A stretch of 61,410 bases of DNA from Elusimicrobiota bacterium (GCA_003450735.1 DMEZ01000013.1:1-61410); one strand, 5' to 3'. Positions 18,141-27,166 are shown, counted from the first letter of the stretch. Numbers and translations are program-made. Notes: a model not told the origin generated them from the sequence alone.

Positions 18141-20306
18141 CTACTTGCCCGTGATCCGCTTCTTCCTGTACTTGTTCAGGAAGTAGAACAGCGCCAGGCT
18201 GAGGGCGACGACGACGAGGGCCAGCAGGGCGTAATACAGCCACGGATGCGCGTACAGGTACGCATCCATCTTCGAGATCGGGCCGGCCTTCCCAGCGAAA
18301 TACTTCCTCCCGATGCTCACGGCGATCATGTTCTTCTCGGGGTCGTTGAGGTCGAGCAGGACGAGGTCGCCTTTCAGGTTCGCCTGCACGCTGTACTTCA
18401 TGAGGGCGAGGGAGAGGGCCCGGACTTCCTTGGGAGTGCGGGCGGTCAGCAGGACGACGCTGTGCCCTTCGCCGTAGGGTGATTGGAACTCCATCACCGC
18501 GCCGGTGTTCGTGCTCAGCCCGCTGACCTGCCGGCTGAACGCGAACTGCGATTCGTCCGCCCAGCCCTGCACGACGGGGTAGGGGAACGACATCTCCTTG
18601 GTCAGCGCGAGGGGCGCCTTCTCGCGAATCCCGGCGGGCAGGCTGTCGATGTCGCCGATGATCATGAGCTCGCCGTCGTATCTCTTGGGCGGCTGGGTGA
18701 TGAACTGGATCTCCAGGAGCGGGTGGCCGTTCTTCTGGGTGATCGAGCCCAGGAGGTTCAGCGCGGCCTCGATGCCCTCCCGGCCCGTGTTCGCCAGGTA
18801 GACCCTGGCGCCGTGCCCGTCGGGCCAGCGGGTGATGGGGAACCCGTTGAGCATGAAGAGCTCCAGGCGCGGCATGTCCACGTAGTGCGGCATGGGCGGG
18901 AAGCGGATCGTGGAGACGTCCATGACGGTCAGGAACAGGTTCTGGGTCTGGAAATACTCGCAGTTCTTGCCGATGGAAGGCGTCAGGACGGGCTCCAGCC
19001 GCAGGACATTGCTCCCCGGCTTGAAGAGGTAGGTGGGGATGTCCAGCATGTAGCCTTCGACGAGGCCGCCCTTCTCGTCGTTGAGGTGGATCCCGCGCAG
19101 GAGCTGGCCGTTCAGAGACAGGTTCACGACCGAGTCGGAGCGCCCGGCGGCGCCGTAGGAGTAGCTCAGCGACAGCTTGGCATAGAGGTTCTGCTTGATG
19201 AGGAAATCCGGGGGCAGGCGGAAGCTCAGCTCCGCCATGCTGGAGTTGATGCCCTTGAAGGTGCGGGTGGGGAAGTTCAGGGACTTGAAGGTGTAGGTCT
19301 TGTCCGCCTTGATGACCTCCTTGCCGCCGTAGAGCGGGATGTCCGGCATCTTGATCCCCGTCACGGTCATCTCGTCCATCTCCGGGAACGGCGCGGACAT
19401 GATGGCGAAGGTCTCGGCGGCGAGCTTCAGGTGGTCCTTGTTCAGGCCCGATACGACGAGCAGGGCATGGTAGGGGTCGCTGAGGCCCTCCCGCACCTGC
19501 CGGACGGGCAACGGCATGATCTTCAGGAACGGCCCCTTGACCCCCGCTTTGGCGTCGTACCCCGCCGCCTCCAGGACCCTGCCCGCGAAATCCGCGTCCC
19601 CGATGAGGATGTTGTCGTAGCCGGGCACGATCTCCCGCGACACGGCGAAGACGACTTCCCGATAATCGAACCTCATGGCGACGCCGGAGGCGATGATCCC
19701 GGCGATGGAGATGGTTTCCGCGGAGCTGTCGGGCATGACGATGACGACCTCGCCGCGGGGGGTCAGCTTGGGGTCGAAGAGGAAATTCGTGACCGCGGAC
19801 AGCCTCAGGGGGACCCGTTCGAGGGCATACTCGATCTCGAGGACCGCGTCGTCGTCGCCCAGCTTGAGCGTGGTCCAAAGCTCGGGCTGGCACGGGAATT
19901 CGCAGCCCATGGTGTAATGCTGGTGAGCGATGAAACTCAGGTCGTTGTAGCCCGGCTTGAACAGCTTCGCTGGCAGGTCCACCTTCATCGCCCCTTCGGG
20001 GGCCAGCGGGTTCAGGTTCCTCTGCGCGACCGCCTCCCCGTTGAACCTCACGATCAGGCGCGAGTTGGCGGCCAGGAGGGCGGTGGAGTTGACGAAGCCG
20101 AAGGAAAGCGACGCCTTCTTGACCTTCCAGCGCTCCGGGACAGGCAGGGACACCCCGTATTCGGCGGCCGTGCATTTGAGGTCGTAGCGCGTGGCCGAAC
20201 TGACCTTGTAGAGCGGGATCCGGATGGTCTCGGAGTGCGCCGCCTCGAGGCCTGCCGACGAGAGCAGGGCGCACGCCAGCATCGCGGAGGCGAAGGGGCG
20301 TCTCAT
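18141..20306 (-). CDS. bcsB: Cellulose synthase subunit BcsB-like (periplasmic, C-terminal TM anchor)
   Basis: Signal peptide MRRPFASAMLACALLSSAGLEA. Large periplasmic protein with a single C-terminal TM helix (YYALLALVVVALSLALFYFL), the topology expected of BcsB. Located in the bcsA operon. Confidence 0.6.
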   Translation of the reverse strand: MRRPFASAMLACALLSSAGLEAAHSETIRIPLYKVSSATRYDLKCTAAEYGVSLPVPERWKVKKASLSFGFVNSTALLAANSRLIVRFNGEAVAQRNLNPLAPEGAMKVDLPAKLFKPGYNDLSFIAHQHYTMGCEFPCQPELWTTLKLGDDDAVLEIEYALERVPLRLSAVTNFLFDPKLTPRGEVVIVMPDSSAETISIAGIIASGVAMRFDYREVVFAVSREIVPGYDNILIGDADFAGRVLEAAGYDAKAGVKGPFLKIMPLPVRQVREGLSDPYHALLVVSGLNKDHLKLAAETFAIMSAPFPEMDEMTVTGIKMPDIPLYGGKEVIKADKTYTFKSLNFPTRTFKGINSSMAELSFRLPPDFLIKQNLYAKLSLSYSYGAAGRSDSVVNLSLNGQLLRGIHLNDEKGGLVEGYMLDIPTYLFKPGSNVLRLEPVLTPSIGKNCEYFQTQNLFLTVMDVSTIRFPPMPHYVDMPRLELFMLNGFPITRWPDGHGARVYLANTGREGIEAALNLLGSITQKNGHPLLEIQFITQPPKRYDGELMIIGDIDSLPAGIREKAPLALTKEMSFPYPVVQGWADESQFAFSRQVSGLSTNTGAVMEFQSPYGEGHSVVLLTARTPKEVRALSLALMKYSVQANLKGDLVLLDLNDPEKNMIAVSIGRKYFAGKAGPISKMDAYLYAHPWLYYALLALVVVALSLALFYFLNKYRKKRITGK

Positions 20307-20322
20307 GGAGCGCGTGATTCTA

Positions 20323-21282
20323 TCAAAAGTAATTGTAATAGCCCATCCATAGATTCTCGAAGAACCCGCACTGCAGGTCGTTGAGGAGGCCCGCCCGGAC
20401 CTGTTCCGCGATCTCGTGCTCCGCATGGCATGCCCCCGCGCCGGCGTGGCCGCCTCCGCCGTACCTCTTCATGATGCTACCGATGTCCAGGGGGCAGGTC
20501 CTGTCGAGGACGGATTTTCCCGCCGCGAAGAACGCCCGGCCGCTCTTCCCGGTCGAGGAGACGTGCATGGACACGTTGCACTCGGGGAACAGGGCGTAAG
20601 TCATGAACTTGTTTCCCGGGACGATCCGCTCCTCCTGCCTCATGTCGGTGAGGACGAGGTTGGAGTGCACCGACGCGCATCTCAGGATCTGGCCCTTGTA
20701 CTCGTCGATGCACGCGAAATAGAGCTCCAGCCTCTCCTCCACGTCCGGGATGCTCAGGAGCTCCCATACGGTGCGGCGCTTCGCCTCGTCCATCAGCTCG
20801 ACGATGAGCTCGTCGTGGGACGCACGGAACCTCTTGAACTGCTCCAGGCCCGTCCTCGTGTCGATCAGGTAGCTCAGGAGGGTCCAGCCCGTCGGATACA
20901 GGATCTCCTCGCTCGCGATCCGGGCGCTGAAGCCCTTGTCGACCGCGTCGAGGATGTCGTCGTGGATGCCCGCGAACCGCTCCGCTCCGTAATGGTTGAA
21001 GATCACCCTCGCCGTGGAGGGCGCCCGGGTGTCGACCTTCAGATTGTGCTTGTCGACCGCCGGCTTGTGCGCGGAGGGATAGTGGTCGAAGGCCAGGTGG
21101 GCGTCGTCCTGGTACGGGAGCCCCGCCGTGATGTCGCCGGCCGTGACCTTGAACTTCCCGCTCTCGACGTCCTTCGGGTGGACGAAGGCGACGCTCTCGA
21201 GGAGGCCCAGCTCCTTGAGGAGCATGCCGCAGACCAGCCCGTCGAAATCGCTCTTGGTGACGAGCCGGTATCTTCCGCCCAA
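20323..21282 (-). CDS. DHH/DHHA1-family phosphoesterase-like protein (NrnA-like), with the DHH motif degenerate to DHY
   Basis: Motif I DFDG. FDHY sits in the place of DHH. DHHA1 signature GGGGHAGAGA. Inserted between bcsA and bcsB. Confidence 0.45.
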   Translation of the reverse strand: MGGRYRLVTKSDFDGLVCGMLLKELGLLESVAFVHPKDVESGKFKVTAGDITAGLPYQDDAHLAFDHYPSAHKPAVDKHNLKVDTRAPSTARVIFNHYGAERFAGIHDDILDAVDKGFSARIASEEILYPTGWTLLSYLIDTRTGLEQFKRFRASHDELIVELMDEAKRRTVWELLSIPDVEERLELYFACIDEYKGQILRCASVHSNLVLTDMRQEERIVPGNKFMTYALFPECNVSMHVSSTGKSGRAFFAAGKSVLDRTCPLDIGSIMKRYGGGGHAGAGACHAEHEIAEQVRAGLLNDLQCGFFENLWMGYYNYF

Positions 21283-21283
21283 G

Positions 21284-23557
21284 CTAGGCCTCCGCCCTCG
21301 CCCAGAGGCGGTCGACGTAGCCCGCGAGGCGGTTCGAGTGGAGCTTGACGTGGTCCATCGAGGGGACGAGGATGAACTTGAGCACCGCGACGTAGAACAC
21401 CCGCAAGCCCATGGCGCTCGACTTGAGGAGGAAGAGCAGGATCCACACGGGGTTGGCCGGCTTGGTCTTCTGCTCCCAGAAATCCGCCCACCGCTGGCTG
21501 TCGCCGAAGACGAACTCGACGGCCTCCATGCGCTGCTTCTCGTCGCTCAGGATGAACTCGCAGCCGCAGGCCCAGGTTGTCCCCCTGCGGACCTGCCGCT
21601 GGACACGCGCCTCGATCCTGAATCTCTTGCCGTGGCTGTTCCGGGTCTCGAGGATGAGGTGCTCGAGGGGCGCCAGCTCGTCGGCCAGCTCGAAGGAGAG
21701 CCCGACGCCCGACATGGAGATGTCGTCCATCTGCGCTTCCAGCGCCTTGCCCAGCCTGGGCAGGGTGAGATGCGCCGTGCCTTTCGCCCACATCCGGTGG
21801 TGCCGGCGCACCTGCTTGCGCTCGAAGAACGCCCCGAACGACGAGAGCGCCAGCAGGAGGTTCACCAAGCACCACACGAAGGTGATCGTCGTGATGTCCC
21901 GGTAGATCGGGTACGTGTACCACTTGATCGCCGCGGCCGGGACGGCGACGATGAGCACCCCGGTCAGCAGGAGGAAGGGCAGGGCGAACCCGCTCAGGAA
22001 GTCGCTCTCCAGGCTCTTCCCCTTCGGCGTCACCTTGAAGGACGGCTTCCTCGGGTTCAGGAAGACGGACAGGACCACGGGGATCAGGAACAAAGACTGG
22101 ATGCCCTCGAAGAACTCCGAGAAGAAGGGCCAGCGGAACCGCCCGTAGAGGAACCCCGTCAAAACCATGGACCCCAGCACGTGCGGGAGCGCGTAGGCCA
22201 AAACCTGGGGCACGGAGGCGAAGAAGACCCTCAAATCCAGGAGCAGGAACGCCGCCGGCGCGACGTAGAAGATGACCCTCGACGCCCCGAAGAACCAGTA
22301 GAAGCAGCTGTTGAAGTAGCAGAGCTTCTGGTAGAGCTTCAGGCCTTTCGCGAACAGCGGGTTGTTCAGGACGAAGATCTGGGTCATCCCCTGGGCCCAG
22401 CGGCTCTTCTGCACGATCAGGTCGTCGAACGTCTCCGGGGAAAGGCCGCAGACCATGGGCCGCGGGATGTAGACGCTCTTATAGCCCCGCTGGTGCAGGG
22501 CCACGGCGGTCTCGCAGTCCTCGGTGATGGTCTCGCCGCAGACGCCCCCGATCTCCTCGAGGCAGCTCCGCCTCAGCAGCGCCGCCGAGCCGCAGAAATA
22601 GCTCGAGTTCCACATGTCGAGGCCCGGGTGGATGCCGCGGTAGAACATGTCGTTCTCGCTGGGCGCGTCCTTGAAGATCGCCATGTTCTTCTCGATCGGG
22701 TTCGGGTTGATGAAGAAGTGCGGCGTCTGCACGAACGCGACCTTCTCGTCTTTCAGGAACCAGCCCGCGGTGTTCTTCAGGATGTCCCTCACGGGGACGT
22801 GGTCGCAGTCCAGGATGAGCACCAGGTCGGCGCTCGTGTGCCCCAGCGCGTGGCTGAGGTTCCCGGCCTTGGCCCTGAGATTCTTCTCGCGCGTGATGTA
22901 GCCGATGCCGTGCCTCTCGGCCAGCCCCTTCAGGGCGTAGTACCTCTCCCAGGCCTGGGGCCCGGTCTTCGGGTCGCACCGCTTCGCGACGGTGGCCCCG
23001 TCGTCGAGGATGTGGATCTTCAGCTTGTTTTTTGGGTAATCGATGTTCAGGGCGGCCAGGGCCGTGAGCTTCACGATGCCGATCGGCTCGCTGTAGGTCG
23101 GGATGAGCACGTCCACGGAAGGGTAGCTGGACGTGTCCGCGGGCAGCGGCATGATCTTGTTCTCGAGCGGCCAGATGCTCGTGAAGATGCCGAGCAGGTG
23201 GACGCTGATGGCGTACATCTCGGCGAGGTAGAGGGCCATCATGGCCAGGGTGTCCGCCGGCCCCGTATAGACCAGGGTCTCGGTCGTCCTCCAGACCACG
23301 TAGCGGAGGGTCAGGAAGGAGGCCAGGACGATGAAGAGGATCCTCAGGGGGGGCTTCTTGACCCTGTCGATGGGCTTGAGGAGGAAAAGGACGGCGAGGG
23401 AGCCCCAGCCGACGACGTACTGGCTGCTGAGCTCCAGGTGCAGCTGCGCGAGATGGTAGAAGAGATAGAGCGCGGCGGCGAGGAACGCGTACGAGAAGCC
23501 CGGGATGACGCCGGGATGCTTCAGCAGGAAGTCCTTCAACGAGCCGGCGGACGTCAA
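21284..23557 (-). CDS. bcsA: Cellulose synthase catalytic subunit BcsA (GT2) with C-terminal PilZ domain
   Basis: GT2 motifs D,D,D (ILDDG, LDCDH), TED, QKSRWAQG (QxxRW). PilZ motifs RRHHR and DISMSGVGL. TTG start at 23557 overlaps the cyclase stop (TTGA). The N-terminal 70 aa of the longer ORF look non-coding. Confidence 0.9.
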   Translation of the reverse strand: MTSAGSLKDFLLKHPGVIPGFSYAFLAAALYLFYHLAQLHLELSSQYVVGWGSLAVLFLLKPIDRVKKPPLRILFIVLASFLTLRYVVWRTTETLVYTGPADTLAMMALYLAEMYAISVHLLGIFTSIWPLENKIMPLPADTSSYPSVDVLIPTYSEPIGIVKLTALAALNIDYPKNKLKIHILDDGATVAKRCDPKTGPQAWERYYALKGLAERHGIGYITREKNLRAKAGNLSHALGHTSADLVLILDCDHVPVRDILKNTAGWFLKDEKVAFVQTPHFFINPNPIEKNMAIFKDAPSENDMFYRGIHPGLDMWNSSYFCGSAALLRRSCLEEIGGVCGETITEDCETAVALHQRGYKSVYIPRPMVCGLSPETFDDLIVQKSRWAQGMTQIFVLNNPLFAKGLKLYQKLCYFNSCFYWFFGASRVIFYVAPAAFLLLDLRVFFASVPQVLAYALPHVLGSMVLTGFLYGRFRWPFFSEFFEGIQSLFLIPVVLSVFLNPRKPSFKVTPKGKSLESDFLSGFALPFLLLTGVLIVAVPAAAIKWYTYPIYRDITTITFVWCLVNLLLALSSFGAFFERKQVRRHHRMWAKGTAHLTLPRLGKALEAQMDDISMSGVGLSFELADELAPLEHLILETRNSHGKRFRIEARVQRQVRRGTTWACGCEFILSDEKQRMEAVEFVFGDSQRWADFWEQKTKPANPVWILLFLLKSSAMGLRVFYVAVLKFILVPSMDHVKLHSNRLAGYVDRLWARAEA

Positions 23558-24369
23558 TTCGTATCGCCCGTGATCGTTACGCTGTGCTCGGTCGTCCGCC
23601 TTTCCTCGTCGGAGCCTGAGCGGCCCAGCTTCCAGTAGGCCGCGGCCGCGAGGAGGATCGCGCCGGCCAGGGCCAGGAGGACCTTGATGCACAGCGGGCA
23701 CTTCTCTTGGACATCCTGGACCGGCTTCCTGGCGGAGAGGTCGCGCTGGATCTCGGTCTTGTTCCAATAGCCCTTGTAGAGCTTCATGGGCTCTTTCTTG
23801 CCCTTCAGCTCGACTTCCTTGGCGAAGCCGCAGTAGATCTCGGCGCGGTCCGAGAGCGCGTTGTAGGCCTCCTCCGAGAGGAGGATCTCGCCGGGGTTCG
23901 CCTGCGCCTCGATCCTGGACGAGACGTTCACGACGTCGCCGAAGATGTCGTTCTTCTCCACGATGCCGAGGCCCACGTGGATGCCGATGCGCATGAGGAT
24001 CGGGATCGTGAGCTTCTTCTCCAGGTTGAACGCGTCGATGCCCTTCTGGATCTCCGCGGCGGCCCGCAGGGCGCTCTGGGCGTTCTCGTAGTAGGACATC
24101 GTGCCGTCGCCCATCGTCTTGACGAGGATCCCGTCGTGCTTCTTGATGACCGGGAAAACGATGTCGAAGTGCTGTTTTATCAGCGTCCGGTGGGCGATGT
24201 CCCCGTGCGTCTCGGCGATGGCCGTGGAGCCCTTGAGATCGGTGAACATGACCGTGATGGTCTTCTGGAACCGGTCCTTGAACAGCTTGTCGAGGCGGGC
24301 GCGCTCCTCGATGATCTTGTCTACGTTCAAATCGTCTTCAGGATCTTCTTTCCGCTGTTCATCTGCCAT
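23554..24369 (-). CDS. Class III adenylate/guanylate cyclase (CHD) with a C-terminal transmembrane anchor
   Basis: Metal-binding Asps in FTDLKGST and KTMGDG. GIHVGLGIV and NVSSRIE motifs. The Lys before TMGDG suggests ATP specificity. C-terminal TM helix VLLALAGAILLAAAAYW. Confidence 0.75.
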   Translation of the reverse strand: MADEQRKEDPEDDLNVDKIIEERARLDKLFKDRFQKTITVMFTDLKGSTAIAETHGDIAHRTLIKQHFDIVFPVIKKHDGILVKTMGDGTMSYYENAQSALRAAAEIQKGIDAFNLEKKLTIPILMRIGIHVGLGIVEKNDIFGDVVNVSSRIEAQANPGEILLSEEAYNALSDRAEIYCGFAKEVELKGKKEPMKLYKGYWNKTEIQRDLSARKPVQDVQEKCPLCIKVLLALAGAILLAAAAYWKLGRSGSDEERRTTEHSVTITGDTN

Positions 24370-24399
24370 GCGTCAGGCCTCGCGCGACATGTATAACAT

Positions 24400-24429
24400 T
24401 TACCAATTAGCATCGCGATATTACCAATT
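24400..24429. promoter_or_regulatory. Direct repeat TTACCAATT x2, spaced 21 bp, in the promoter region of the cyclase-bcsA operon
   Basis: Repeats at 24400-24408 and 24421-24429. They lie 31 and 52 bp upstream of the cyclase ATG (24369, minus strand), in a locally AT-rich 84-bp intergenic region. Confidence 0.35.
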
Positions 24430-24453
24430 TTCCGACTCGCTGACCCTAGGCCT

Positions 24454-26235
24454 CTATCTTCTCAGGGTGAGAGTGAGGGAAGCGCCTTCTCTGGCGAGCG
24501 AGGCCGGACTTGCGGCCGAGAAGGGCCCGGAGGAGGCCGTGATCTCGTAGTCGCCCAGGAACGCGCGCGCTCGATACTCCCCGCGCCAGTCCGCGGTCCC
24601 GCCGGTCTGCGTGTTCCAATCCTTCAGGAGGAGCTCCTCGAGCGCGGCGGCCGCCGGCTTCTTCGACCAGTCCCTCCGGTAGAGCGCCATGACCGGTTCG
24701 GAATGGACGCCCTCCCAGAAGCCCCAGAGGGTGATGCCCTCCACCGCGGGGTGGCTGAACATCGCGGTCATGAAATCGCGCAGGTAATCGGCCTGGAGCT
24801 CCTCGTCGGCCACCTCGACGTCGAGCTCAGTGGCCTGCAGGGGCTTGCCGAGCCGTCCGAACCGGTCGAGGACCCTCAGCAGCCGCTCGGGCGGCGTAAG
24901 GTCGTAGCGGAAATGACACTGCAGGCCGACGCCGTCGAGCGGGGCCCCATCCGAAAGGATCCGGCGGATGAGCGCTTCGTAGCGGTCCTGCTGCTCGAGG
25001 TTCAGGCCGAAGCCGTCCAGGACGTCGTAGTCGTTCACGAAGAGCCTGGCTTCGGGGTCGGCCTTCCGCGCGAGGCGGAACCATTCGAGAGCCTCCCCGC
25101 GGCCCAGGAGGCCGAGGACCTCCGGGTGGCCGATGGGCTCGTTGAGCACGTCCCACTCCGCGGCCTTCCCTCGGTAATAGGCCGCTTCCTCCGTGATGTG
25201 CCCGCGGATGGTTTTCCGCAGTCGGTCCGGGTCGTTCTTCAGGTTCTCCATGCCCTCGGGCATGTGCTCCCAGCCGGGCCAGACCAGGGTATGGCCCCGG
25301 AGCTTGATGCCCCCGGCCTTCAGCCAGGCGGCCGTCTTGTCGGCCCAGGCTCTCTGCTCGCCTTTCCAGAAGGGCCACTTGAGTCCGTTCTCTATGGTGG
25401 CGGAGTTGAAGAGCCGCAGGAAGGTCTCCTTGTAGCGGCGCCGGTCGTCGTCCCGGCCCCCGGAGAAGAGGGTCGCCGAGTTGATCGCGCTGCCGAAGAA
25501 GAACGCATGCCGCTTCAGTCTGACCTGGACGGCCGCGCCCGGCGCCGGCTTCCCGTCCGGGTCCACGACCTTGACCGTGATGCCGGCTTTCCGGATGCGC
25601 TCGATGCGCTCTTCGGCGGCTTTCCTCCACGGGGCCCCGGGCTCCCGGCCTTCATAGAACCCGGCGGCGGGGACCCGGACAGGGCTCCGGCCGAGGCCGA
25701 CGAGCTCGAAGCCGGCGAGCTCCACCGTCTGCGCGCCGAATCCGAGCCTGAAAGCGATCTGCGCTCCCCCGGCCGGATAATCCCCGGCCGACCTGAAAGG
25801 TACGTCGATGCGCCGCCAGCGCAGGCCGGCCTCCGCCGGGAGAACGATGGATTTCCGGTACTCGCCGCCGACCTGCTCGAAGACGAAGTCCACCCGGGCC
25901 TTCGCGGGCGAGAACAGCGGCCTCCGGACGTAGAACCTGGCCGCCAGAAGGTCCCCGGCGCGCACCGGCGCGGCCGTCGGCGCTCTCAACTGCACCTCGT
26001 AAGGCTGAGGCGGCCTGGCCAGGGTGCGCAGGCGCAGCGCCTGCCCGCGGATCGAGACAGCGCCGCGGCCGCCGGCAAGAAAGGAGGCAGGGTCGCTCAG
26101 ATCGGAGGGCCTCACCAGCGGGGTCCCCGGCGGGAGCGGCGGCGCGGCGGGAAGCCTCAAGACGTAGAAGCCGTATGCCGAGTATGCCGCGGCGGCGGCC
26201 AGGGCGGCGCAGGAGGCGGCCAGGAGGCGCTTCAC
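24454..26235 (-). CDS. Glycoside hydrolase family 10 (endo-beta-1,4-xylanase-like) with an N-terminal beta-sandwich (CBM4/9-like) region, secreted
   Basis: GH10 catalytic motifs WDVLNEP (acid/base) and QATELDV (nucleophile). In-frame GTG starts at 26265 or 26235 (MKRLLAASCAALAAAAA signal peptide). Confidence 0.7.
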   Translation of the reverse strand: MKRLLAASCAALAAAAAYSAYGFYVLRLPAAPPLPPGTPLVRPSDLSDPASFLAGGRGAVSIRGQALRLRTLARPPQPYEVQLRAPTAAPVRAGDLLAARFYVRRPLFSPAKARVDFVFEQVGGEYRKSIVLPAEAGLRWRRIDVPFRSAGDYPAGGAQIAFRLGFGAQTVELAGFELVGLGRSPVRVPAAGFYEGREPGAPWRKAAEERIERIRKAGITVKVVDPDGKPAPGAAVQVRLKRHAFFFGSAINSATLFSGGRDDDRRRYKETFLRLFNSATIENGLKWPFWKGEQRAWADKTAAWLKAGGIKLRGHTLVWPGWEHMPEGMENLKNDPDRLRKTIRGHITEEAAYYRGKAAEWDVLNEPIGHPEVLGLLGRGEALEWFRLARKADPEARLFVNDYDVLDGFGLNLEQQDRYEALIRRILSDGAPLDGVGLQCHFRYDLTPPERLLRVLDRFGRLGKPLQATELDVEVADEELQADYLRDFMTAMFSHPAVEGITLWGFWEGVHSEPVMALYRRDWSKKPAAAALEELLLKDWNTQTGGTADWRGEYRARAFLGDYEITASSGPFSAASPASLAREGASLTLTLRR

Positions 26236-26304
26236 GTTCGCTCCAGATGGATGATACGCATCCACCGGATGCGATGCAAGCCGGGAAGCGGCCCCGCGGG
26301 GAGC

Positions 26305-26706
26305 CTAGGCCGGCTTGAGCAGACGGGCTACGGTCTGTTCGAGCAGGGCCGGCTCGATGGGCTTGTCGATGAAGGCCTCGGGCTCCTTGCAGCCGTAGTA
26401 CTCCCCCAGGTCCTCGGCCGAGAACTTCAGCCCGCTGCGCCGGTTCACGGATGTCAGCATGATGACCGGGATCGAGGCCAGGTCCTTGTCGGTCCGCAGC
26501 GCCGCGAACACCCCGAACCCGTCCATCTTGGGCATCTGGACGTCCAGGATGACCAACCGAGGCCTGCTCTGGCGGATCAGCTGGAGCGCCTTCTCTCCGT
26601 CGGGAGCGTCGAGCAGTTCGCAGGGGAAGCCTTCCAGGACGCCCCGCACGAAAGAGATGCAGTCCGGCTCGTCGTCGGCGATCAGGATCTTGGGCTGTTC
26701 GTTCAA
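26305..26706 (-). CDS. Single-domain response regulator (CheY-like receiver)
   Basis: KILIADDEPD, ILDVQMPKMDG, LTSVNR...KPIEP. TTG start with a GAGGAGG SD 7 nt upstream. Paralog of 11797..12213. Confidence 0.8.
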   Translation of the reverse strand: MNEQPKILIADDEPDCISFVRGVLEGFPCELLDAPDGEKALQLIRQSRPRLVILDVQMPKMDGFGVFAALRTDKDLASIPVIMLTSVNRRSGLKFSAEDLGEYYGCKEPEAFIDKPIEPALLEQTVARLLKPA

Positions 26707-26737
26707 GGTCGTTCCTCCTCGGCGTCTCTTCGGCGGG

Positions 26738-27166
26738 TCAGGCCAGCACCTTCTTGACCGTCTCGATCAGGACCTGGGGGTCCACGGGCTTCTCGACGTA
26801 GGCGTCCGGCTTGGCGTCGACGCCGACGACCTTCTTCTTCGCCGCGGCATGCGAGTCGTCGCAGAGGTAGGACTTCATGTCCACGCCCGTGACCTTCGAG
26901 GCGCCGCTCACCACGATCACGGGGACCTGCCGGAAGCCCTCCTGCCGCTTGAATTGGTTGAAGAACGCCAAGCCGCTCTGCCCCGGCATCATGAGGTCGA
27001 GGAAGACGATATCGGGCCTGCGCCCGGAGGCCTTCTCCAGGGCGTCCTTGCCGTTCTTCGCCGAGAAGGTCTCGAAGCCGTGGTCCTCCAGGATCTGCGA
27101 GATGAAATCGATGTTGTCCTGCTCATCGTCCACGACCAGCGCGACCTTGCCGTTGAATTCTGCCAT
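26738..27166 (-). CDS. Single-domain response regulator (CheY-like receiver)
   Basis: VALVVDDEQD, FLDLMMPGQSG, VIVVSGASK. AGGAGG SD upstream of the ATG. Confidence 0.8.
   Translation of the reverse strand: MAEFNGKVALVVDDEQDNIDFISQILEDHGFETFSAKNGKDALEKASGRRPDIVFLDLMMPGQSGLAFFNQFKRQEGFRQVPVIVVSGASKVTGVDMKSYLCDDSHAAAKKKVVGVDAKPDAYVEKPVDPQVLIETVKKVLA

Noticed and set aside
16560-20384. ORFs 16560..17729(+), 17851..20274(-) (807 aa), 18483..20384(+) (633 aa)
   Set aside because: Arg/Gly/Pro-rich translations overlapping bcsG/bcsB. The genuine genes have membrane topology and motifs.
20416-23638. ORFs 20416..21348(+), 21039..21923(-), 21128..23638(+) (836 aa)
   Set aside because: Antisense to the DHH gene and bcsA. 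No motifs.
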